Shown: one piece after another, positions 47,263 to 57,738 of the stretch
How the letters are laid out: every line of letters starts with the position of its first letter
Numbering within the stretch: the first letter of the stretch is position 1
Program-made: the position numbers and the translations under genes
The notes under the pieces: generated by a model
What the model saw: the letters and a program-made list of their open reading frames with translations, nothing else
Told to the model about the DNA's origin: nothing
The model's database searches: none
NCBI GenBank assembly: GCA_964035575.1
Contig: OZ037842.1
Span: 1,240,001-1,304,000, forward strand
Direction: 5' to 3'
Length of the DNA: 64,000 nt
DNA from: Rhynchopus sp. YZ270_cl-10
Taxonomy: Eukaryota

Positions 47263-47987
47263 AAAAAAAGAGGGAATTTGAAAAGGAAAAGAATATCTTG
47301 ACAATCATACTTGGACCGCCCGAAATAACACCTGGCGGAGTGCACAAGGGGTGAGGAAAAAAATTCACCCCTATTTTGTAAAGACATTTGAAGCACATAC
47401 AAAGTACATAAAATTAACAGGTATTGTTTCTACTCCAATGCTGTGGTTGTGCGCCTGAAATGTGCTCGAATTTTCCTGAATTACGTGTAAATTTCCTTCA
47501 AAACGCCCGAAATATATTTCGGGTACATTTCGGGCGATCCAAGTATGGACAATGTTTTGTCGTAGATCAAAAAATATATAAAAAAATGGAAGAAAAGTAG
47601 AGAAAGTCTCCGCCATTATTCAAAATGCAACGTTATTAAGTGAAAACCTATCCCTCAGGTGATATTGAGTTACAGACACACCCCACCTTTTTTTGTGGGG
47701 TGATCTGTCGAACACAAAAAGACAACTATTTCAAAAAGGGAAAAAGAGAAAAGGGTGTTCGTTGGCCTCTGATGGGGGAACAGTTGTGTGTGTTATTTTT
47801 TCTTCTTTTTTCTTTTCTTTTTGAAGCAAACAAGAATTGGGGGGTTTTTAAAAAAGGGTTTCAAACCGACATATATTTCCTAACGAAGCAAAGATCAAAA
47901 TAGAAAAAAAGGACTATTTTTTGTGACCTCAAAATAAAATGTACAAAACAAACATTACTTCAGGAGACCACACACACGAATAGAACA

Positions 47988-48817
47988 ATGGACTCCGCCA
48001 CTGTGAATGCGATGCTTGCCAAGTCCAACGGACGCGACCTCATCATGGGTGTCGCACAGTTCCTCCCCGGAGTGCTTCTCCCCATTGCGGAGAAGGCCGG
48101 AAACACCGAGCTCATGACAACGCTGCAGAGCCTCTCCACACTCTCGGGGGGTTACCGTAGTGTGACCAGGTTGAGCTCTTTCTACGGCCTTGTGACAGTA
48201 TGTTCAAAAAAAAACAACCTTTTTTTTAACTCCTCCAATTTTGAAGCCTCAGCTGAGTCACCTTAAAATAATTGAGATTCTGTACGATACATATAAACAC
48301 TCTATTTTCTTCACAGAAAGGAAGCGTGCCGGCACTCCCCCAATCCCCGGAGGCAGCATTGAAGTTTATGTCCTGGCTCTGCGGGGCGATGTTCGTGCCT
48401 CTCGAGAACGAGGCTGTCCTCACCGGACACTCCGTGCTGAACCGTGGCCTCTCTGCGAAGAGGAAGGAGGAGCTTGGCCCGCGGTGTGTGTACTTCTGGT
48501 TCTGGTCGCTTGTGTTCGAACAGCTGACGCACCTGACAAACTTTGTGAAGAGCAAGAAGGCGAAGGACAAGAAGGGTGACTTCGTCTTCACAAAGTGGCT
48601 GCAGTCGTTCTGCTGGTTCCTCCTTGCTTGGGCGTCGATGCCGGCCACCGGAACCGTCAAGCTTCTGGCCAACCCTGAAGCCTCCCTCCTCCGCCCCCTT
48701 CACGCGCTTGTGGAGGCCACCACCGTGTCTGGCCTTGCGCTTGGACCCTTCGCACGCGCGGCATGCGGAATGGGTGCCACATCCCTCCAGATCATGGACT
48801 ACTTTGAGAGCAAGTAG
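47988..48817 (+). CDS. Gim5/PEX11-family peroxisomal-glycosomal membrane protein; exons 47988-48197, 48317-48817
   Basis: GRDLIMGVAQFLP...YRSVTRLS resembles the N-terminus of trypanosomatid Gim5A/B as I recall it; hydrophobic C-terminal helices; one intron. Confidence 0.75.
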
Positions 48818-49539
48818 ACCAGATTGTAGACAACTGAGGAAATAAAAGGTGAAAGATGCCCTTAGAGTGCTCCGAAGATGATTGGCGTTCAAAAGAAAAA
48901 GAAATTTGCCTCATTTTGGGCGCAAAGTTTGGAGTGCTGTCTTGTACGATAGTGATGCGTTTGGTGTTGAGGAAAAATAATTTTTTTGGATGGTTTTTTT
49001 TTTGTTGTGGTTCGATACACGGCGAGCAAAGTGGTTGTGTTGTGGAAGGGGCGGAGTGATGATTTCTCAAGGTTAATTGAAGGGCAATATTTCTCAAAAT
49101 CGGTTGGTTTGTGTTTGAAGGAAATGATTAGAGTTTCGCCACAAGGGTGGGTTATGAGTGGGAAAACACAACATGGAATTGGCAACAAAAAACAAAAAAA
49201 AACAAAAACAAAAAAAAAAAAAACAAAGGAATCAACAAAACCAATAACGGCGCAAAATTTTGCTTTGCCGCGTGCCACCTTCATCCGTTCCCTTTTATTC
49301 CCTTAGTTTCTCTCTCTCGTACCAAAAAATTAAAACGTTTATTACAGTGTCTTCCCGTGTGTGGGTTTTTGGGGAGGGTTGGCTGTGCGGGGGGCTTTAC
49401 CCTCACCCTCACCCTCCCCCTCCCTGTGATATGTGCCTTATCCAGAACAAAAACGTGACCCCCAACATACTCTACTCTTAGCTCAAGCCACACCACCGCC
49501 ACCATCACCACCACCGCCACCACACAGGGTAAGGGCGTT

Positions 49540-52500
49540 ATGCCCAAGGTACCAAGCAATGATGGGTCAGGGTCCTCTTCCCGGAGTGGGTCGAGTGCGA
49601 GCACAGGGAGCAGTGGCTCAAGTGCGAGCAGTGTAAGCACAGATGCAAGCAGTGCGGGTACCCAGTCCACGAGTCGGTCCTCAGCGTCGAGTAGAAGCAG
49701 CACAACAGGAACCTCCGCATCAGCGTCGCGCAGCAGTGCGTCACGCTCGGGGACAGAGACAGCCGGAACCAGCGCGTCCTCCAGGACAGGTACGTCGGCC
49801 AGCGGTACACGGACAGGCACCACCACGTCCGCAAGCGACACAGCCCGCACCTCTAGTGCAAGCACTGCCACCGGCACAGCAACAGGGAGTACCTCAGGGG
49901 GGACTGCTACCGCCACGTCGTCGGGGGGGACGGGGACGGGGACAGCGTCAGGCAGTACATCAGCAGGGACGGGGACAGGTACAGGTACTGGGACAAGTTC
50001 GTCGCGGACACGGACAAGCTTCTCGGGGAGCAGCTCGCTCGGGCGGACAAGTTCGTCACGTCGTACGGGGACAACAGTAACGGCAACTAGTGCGTCACAG
50101 CTGCGGTCTGCACAGAAGAGCAGCGGGTCAGGCACCACCACTGACGCAAGCAGGAGTGGCACGTCGGGATCGACCACGCAAACTTCTGGTAGCACCACAG
50201 CCACCGGGACGAGTGGAAGCGGGACTGCGACAGGCACCAGCACCGGTACTGATACCGGCACCGGCACCGGCACCGACACAGGAACGGAGACAGCAACACC
50301 CAGTGGGTCGACAGGGAGGACGACAAGCGAGTCTCGCACAGGGACAGGGACATCGACCAGCGCAACACGAACTGGTGCGACGACGAGTGGGCAGACGAGT
50401 GGGCAGACGTCAGGGGGGACGACGCAGACAGGCACGTCGAGCTCTTCTGCATCCACAAGCACGCACACTGGGAGCAGCAGCAGCACAGGGACGGGGACGG
50501 AGACGGGCAGCAGCAGTACACACAGCGATACCACGCACTCATCTGCGAGCTCGCACTCCACACACACAGGGAGCTCTGCAAGCACGTCACGGAGTAGTGG
50601 CACTCGCACCTCGGGCAGCAGTACGGGCACGGGTACAGGCACTGACACGGGCACGTCGAGCACGTCTAGTACAGGGTCAGGGTCAGGGTCAACAGAGAGC
50701 GCAAGCTCTGCCTTCGACACCTCTGCCGCAACACAGAAGCAGAGCTCTGCTTTTGACTCCGAAAGCGCGACCACTGCACAACTCTCTAAGAGCAGCCTTG
50801 CCGAGAAGAACACAAGCAACACCGAGGGCCCCAACCTGGGTGATGACACAGACCCTGTGGTGAAGGCACCCACGATCCCACCCATGGACTCTGCTGCGGA
50901 CAAGCCCACAGGTGAAAGCGAGGACACCCCACGCGAGGAGCCTCTCAAGCCGGACAAGCCAGCCAAGATCAACCCAGACGTGGCTGCACCTCCGCAGCAG
51001 CTTGTGTCGCCCCGCCTCGATGCAGACATGGAGCCTATCATCAAGAAGGGCAAAGAAAACGCTGGTGAGTACATGCCGTCCCCCAAGGCTGCAGTGCTCT
51101 CCGATGCGAGGTCCAAGCCTTCGCCAGTGGGTTCTGAAGGCAGCGGGGTAAGCTCCCCAAGACAGGCGGCTTCTGAACCAAAGTCGTCGCCAAGGCAGGA
51201 GGACAGAGAGTCGTTGGGGCAGTCCGTGCACATCCAGCGTGTGGACACGACAGGGGGGATCGGTGCGTACGACTCACCGGTGACACGGCCGATCCGCCCT
51301 GTGAAGCCCCCGCAGACGGTGGAGGAGCAGTCCGTGCTTTCCTCGTCCACAACCAGCTCAGGGTCTTCCACAGGGACGTCCACAGGGTCGTCCACGGGGT
51401 CGTCGGCAACATCATCCACATCTGCAGCGTCGTCAGGGTCATCGTGCACCTCAGATGAAGGACCCGTCAATATCGTCTCCCCAAAGCAATTCACACCTAC
51501 CTTCCGGGTTGGAACGTCCGTGGTGCAGTCGAAGTCGTCCGCAATTGCAGGGGTTTCCCCGGTGGCGAGTGGTGTCCCGCGTACGACGCGTGCCGCAGAT
51601 TCAACAGTCCGTTCGCGTGATGTGCAGAAGGCAGTGGCAACATGGGCACATACGTACTGTTCCAGTGCAGAGAACGCCGTTGCGAATACGTTGCATCCGG
51701 ACCGTGGGTTCTTCCCGGTGAGTGCGCGGAGCTCATCGCAGCCGCCGTCACTGCAGCAGCCTGTTGCGTATTATCAGCTCTTCTTTAAGTCGTTGTCGTT
51801 CTTTGACCCTGGCGAGGCACGGCAGACAGGGCGGGGGAACGAGTCTGCTGGGACTGGCCTGCCTCAGGGGACAGCGTTGGTGATGCAGGTCCTGACGCTG
51901 CGTGGGAAGGGTGACACATTGAGTGCGGATGCGACAGGCACACCACGCAGGGTGCTTATGGAAGAGCTCAGCGTGCGGCAGCCCTTCTTCTTCACCGCAC
52001 CGCTGGACGCGACGGCTGCGTTCAGTGTCACCCTCAGCATCCCTTCCGAGACGAGCCCGACTGGAGCGGTCTCCGGGGGGTGGGGCTTTGTTGTCCTGCG
52101 CGCACCACACCAAGAGAACCCACACCCAACCAGGGGGCAGTACGTCAGCACGTCGCCAACACTGACGCTCTACGCAGGATCGCCACAAGCACTGCAGCAC
52201 CTGCCGCTGCGTGTGATAGCAGACCACGCAACGGCGCTGTCGCCAAAGAAGACAGTCGACATCACCATCGCACAGTACTTCCTCAACGAGGCCGGAGCGC
52301 AGCGGCAGCACGGCCGGGTGTGCGACAGAATGTTCCCCCTAGCCATAGAGAGCGTCGCCTACCCACCAAGCGGGCTTGTTTGCCTCAACGATGCAAAGTC
52401 AGGCGATGCAACAGGCCCTGCTCGGGTTGCGGCTGGGCTCGCACTGCGCAAATTCAACCCCGACAAATCGCGTGGTCTTGCGGACCTGAGTGTACTGGAT

Positions 52501-55500
52501 GTAGGTGTCGGGGGGTTGCGTCGTTTCTGCTTTCAGCTCGAGCTGCGTCAGATACAGGTCACCTTTTTGCGCGATGCAGCAGGGACTGGCCTGCAGCAGA
52601 TCGGGGAGCGTCTTGCCACTCTGTGGGGGCTGGTGGACAGCAGCGGCGTGCCTCTGAGTCAGGCGGTGCGGGTGGCGAACCTGCGGCTGCAGGCGTTTCC
52701 GCACAACGGGCTGCGGCTGCTTGCGCCGTCTGTGGCGACGTTTGATTTGGTTCCGTCTCAGCCGGAGGCGCTTGTGGTCACTTATACTGTAGCAGGTGCG
52801 AAGGGGGGTGCAAACGCTTCCGACATCATGCGTCTGTCCCTCCCTGCACACCAGAACACCGGTGTCGTCTTCCAGCTCCTTGCCGACGTGCACGTGAATG
52901 CAGACGTGCAGGCACCCACCGCAGGCAAAAAGCAGTGCATCATCCTCGCCTGGTCCGTCTACCTCCCCGCTGTGCAGGGCCTCCGCACACTCGACTCGAG
53001 AGACCTGATAAAGGTCAACATGCTCAAAGGCCCCTTCACCTCGCTCAACGGCGACGTCGTCACAGACGCACTACAAGAAAAGAAGACTCAGCAGATCCGT
53101 GGGTTCACAGAAAGTGTCGTGAAGTTGGAGTTCCAATCCGAAATCTCGGCGTCTCCTGAGAGCAGGCTACAGGCAGAGCAGCGGCAGAAACTGTTGCAGG
53201 ACAAGAAACGGGACAGGCTGCGGGAAAAGCACGAGCTTGAGCGCACACGTCGTGAGAGCAAGGCGAACAAGTCGCAGCACCATCGGACGTGGAGTGCCAA
53301 CTCTACTCCAAGGGACAAACATAGTCCGGCTCAGGTGACACGCGAGACTTCATCGAAAGAGCGACTGCAGGATGGCCCCGTTCCGCCCTCAGCCCCTGTG
53401 AAACACTTGACCCCCACCGGACGTATCACAGACGACGGATACGAGCACAAGGCGTATTGCAACGGGACATGCGGCAAGAAGTGCAACTTTGACGTGCCAC
53501 GCAAGATCGAGCCCTCCTACCCATACCCGCCACAAGACATCCGCGTCGTCACCGTCGAACCAGACGCGCTCTTCCTCACCCCACACCACTGCGTCCAGCC
53601 CTCCGACCACAAGATGCTGGAGGCCTACCACTTCACCAAACCGCTCGCCTCCCAACCCCCTTCCACCTATTCCGACAAGGTCCCGATGCTGAACTCTATT
53701 ATCAACATTGAGTTTCAGGCGCTTCTTTCGCCTTCTTTGGATTGCCCGCCTCGGATTTTCTTTCAGTATCGGTTTAAATGCAGTGGGCACACTAAGACAC
53801 CTACGGGGGTCATCAACAAGAAGCAGGACACGATGAGCGAGTTGGGGGGGCGGATCCACCTGCTGCATAGCATGGCTGCTGGGGGACATGGGGTGAAGAA
53901 CACTATGGAGTGGCTGGTCGTGGACGAGGACGCTGCTGGGCCTGAAGCAGTAACCTCTACCCCGGAAGAGCGAGAGGCACGCCAGGCACGTGCCCTGCGG
54001 GAGCAAGAACGCTATCTCCTGGACGACACGCTCTACGTGGAAGTGTACGACGCAGACACCCTCTTCCTCTGGGGAACATGTGAAGTAGACCTTCACCCGC
54101 TCCACCGCAAGCAGAACTGCTACTCCCGCAACTTCTGCGGCGAAACCGCTGTGATCGACGCAATCCCCCTCGAGCTGGAACGCACCCCACCCGACGACAC
54201 GAAACCCCTCATGTCCCGCACCCCAGAGGTGAAGGCGGTTCTGATCTACCAGCTCCAAAACGAAGGTGTGCCTTCGCACGGTGCGGTCAGAGCTCCGAAT
54301 CTGGAATCGGTGGTGAATGCGGCGAAGAAGAAGCGACACCGTGTGGTTGCGAGGCGCTTGGTGGGGAAGGAGGAGATGCAGGAGATGATGCAGGAGGTCA
54401 AGGCAGCGTCACCGCGAGGGCGGGCAGGGTCGTTGGTCCCTGCGGGGGTGTCGCTGAGTCCGACGCACACACAGCAGCATGCGTCTGCAACCTTGCTTCA
54501 GAACATTGTCAACGAAACGGCCGGCCGCAAGTCCACTGTGGCACCCTGTGCAGCGTCCACAGCAGACGCACAGCAAGTCTACTTCAAATGCGAAGAGGCA
54601 GACGTCCCCCTGCGCCCCGGATGGTCCCTCGCCACCTCCGCCCAATGCAACCAACATCTCCAAGCCGTTGCTCGCGCGATGGACCAAACCGCAGGCAGTT
54701 GGGTCGTCTGCCAGATTGAGGATGGTGACATGAAGGGGCGTGGCTACGGGTGTGTGATCACTAAGACAGAAGAGGCACCACGGCATACGTATCGGATTGT
54801 TGCGCATGTCGGTCCGTTGGATGAGGTGGACCGCAAGCTCGTTGGTGAGTCCGAGTTAGCAGCACTGCGCCGTGCACGTTCCGACTACGTCAAGGACCAG
54901 CTGCTGCGGGATATGGCGACCAAGATGGAAGGGAAGGAGCGCCATGCAGACGGCAGTGGTGTGCGCCGCAACCAGCAAGGCGACAACAGCACCCGTGAGT
55001 TCTACGAGCTGGAGGAACGCCTTGAGGCGATAAGCCGTGTCCGCGTCAAGGGGAAGAGAAAGGAGGCCATGCTCAAGGCCCAGCTCCAAGACGCCTTGAC
55101 ACATGAAGTTACGGTCCACGTGACTACAGGGTGTGCCGCTCTGGTGGAACTCAAAGTCCTGAACCGCTTCGGAGTGGGTTATACTTATATTGCGGACGTG
55201 AGGGACGAGCCGTCCATGTCCGAGGAGCTGACCCTCATCCGCTCCCCAACGACGTGGCGCGCGTTGTGTGCGTACTCAGGGCTGCCGCCGCCGACGAACA
55301 CAACAGGGACACGCCTTCTTGCAGACCATGACGCACAGCTGTACCACGGAAGCGAAGTGCCGATCCCTGCGTCCACTGAGGTGCGCGTGCCATTCCAGTT
55401 CTTTTCGATGCAAGAGGTGATCCGACCTCGAACGATAGTGGTATACATGCGGGACAGCGATGGGACGCCACGCTGCATCTACCAGGTCAAGGTCGTCGTT

Positions 55501-56707
55501 GCGTGCAAGACAAGGGACGAGAGTGACAGCAAGCAGCCCTTCCACGTGCATCGTGAGATCACGCTTGCAGGAGTGCCAAACGAGACGTTCTGCAGGTGGA
55601 TCCCTGTCGGCATTGCTGACGACGCAGACGACGCAGGACCGCTCCCCCTGGGCGCAAAGGCAAAACGCAAGATACAAGTCCAGAACACCCGCAAGCGTCT
55701 CAAGGAGGTGCGCATATCACGCCCCTGCGCAGTCATGTCTTTCGTCGACTGGCAGACGTCCCCACAAGGCCACGTACTCCCAGTGGAGACCCTCCAGCTA
55801 CAGGCCTCCTTCCCTTCCCATCGGCAGGACGGCACATCACCGAGCGTCTTTTATGTTTTCTTTTACACCCACTCTGCGTGTCTCGTGCCCTGCCAGGTGT
55901 GGCGGGTTTTGTTGTGTCCTTGCACGGAGATTTCTGGAATTAAGCGGAACATGGGTGAGTCGAGCACAGTGCATATTCCTCTTTCTGAAGGGTGTGAAGA
56001 GTCGCGACGTGCGAAGATGAAGATTGGGTTGGGCAACGGTGTGCTTGCGCGGCATGCGGGTGACGGCGACTGGAGGATTGAGCCGAAGACGCCGTTTTAC
56101 ACTATGCAGGGCTTTGCGGTGCGGATACGTCCGACGGACGACAAGGTGCGCCGTCTGCGGCTCAATGCTGTGTATGATGAAGGCAGCGGCCGTACGTCCC
56201 TCAGGGAGCGCTACGTCCTGCTGTTCCAAGGTGTCGAGCGCAGTGGCGCCCAGCCGCAGGTTCCCCTCCCAGTCATGAAGCTTCCCTTCAAAGACTCAAA
56301 GGTCTTCAGGTGGGCCATCTCCCACACAAACTCACTGACAACACGGCATACCTTCACCTGCGTGCACGCGCCACACGGAAGCTTCACAGTCAGCCCAGCA
56401 TCAATCACACTCGAACCCCAGCAGTCGCAAGTCATCACCATCTGTTTCAAGCCTGAAATGGCTCAACTCTATGAGTTCACCCTATGGATCAACGACGAGT
56501 CTGATATCGCTGTAGGGTATGTTGTTTTAGTTGTGGCTTGGGTTTATGTGCTTTCTTGCGAATATCGCATCGCGCGTTTTGGGGTAAGTCGTTTTGAATG
56601 TTATCAATTATCAATTCCACCCTTATTATTCTGAACACAGGTATCATCGTCGTTTGTTCGATGCAGTGTCGCCCGACGCAGAGAGGCTGCAGTCCGTGCT
56701 TCTGTGA
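49540..56707 (+). CDS. NPHP4: Nephrocystin-4-like ciliary transition-zone protein with long S/T/G-rich N-terminus; exons 49540-56516, 56641-56707
   Basis: TLYVEVYDADTLFLWGTCEVDL resembles the conserved NPHP4 C2-region motif; beta-rich ASH/Ig-like C-terminal repeats end in FTLWINDESD. The last exon is less certain. Confidence 0.75.
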
Positions 56708-57738
56708 AAATGAAAATAAAGTTCGTTAGATTTCGTTTAGTGTAGACCCCTTTTTTTTTACAAGCTTCCATTCAATTTTTGAAACTGGGGGGAGGCAATA
56801 GATAGATACATTTCCCAAAAACAAGAACCAAAAATTAAAAACAAACAATACCTTGCCTTTTAAGCCTGCTCTTTTTTATACGTCGGAAATGGGCAGAATC
56901 CCTTTGATTTTGATGAGTTTGTGTGAAATGTTGCTCCTTTTCCACACGTATTGGTCAAGGTACAGAGACAGTGGCCGAAGGGTGTTGGTCGACAACTTCT
57001 TCTTGCTTGGGAAACAGGCAGTTGAAAATGGATTACATGCGCGGATATATTTTCATGTGTTTTTTTCAGCTGTTCCGTTCGAAAGATCTGCTCAAAATCT
57101 TTCAATTGCGGCCAGGTACGATCAAAAGTATGCATTGTATCGTATTTTACCTATGGGAGAGACAAGCACTACAAGCCACAAAAACGGCCTCGGTCCGTAA
57201 AGGGTAGTCAAACATTGGCAAGAGGAAATAGAACCAACGGAAGGTGTGTTCCTGCAAATTGTTATTCGACCAGTATGTTTCACGCACTCGCGAATTGTGC
57301 AACAGATTTGCGGGGCGATAAACGAATAACGTTGTTTTCTTCTCTTTGTTTTATCTTGATTTACCTGCCATTGTTTTCTTTGTGTTAGGCTGGCCCCTCT
57401 ATTGTAAAACAAGTTCAAAGAAGTTATGCTTCACTCAAACACGAAACTTTTTATTTTCTTTTTATCACGCTCTCTAAATATTTTGCACCTCTCGCACACC
57501 TGTCACATTTGCACGGGGCTGTTTGACTTCGTGAACAATTGACACGTGCTTCAAATTTCAAACACACTGCATGCCCGTCCAGATGTACATGATCTGTGAA
57601 CTGGAAGGTGTGCCTGTATCGCCCCTAGCTCTAACGAGAGTAAACCCTTGCAAATGGTGTACACTTTGCAGTCACGTAACCCCCTCCCTGCACCACACAA
57701 CAAATATAGATCCTCCCTCAGAAGCAACGCATAAAACA

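Noticed and set aside
49281..51494. 737-aa minus-strand Val/Pro ORF
   Set aside because: Antisense shadow of the S/T/G tract of the NPHP4-like gene; no independent support.
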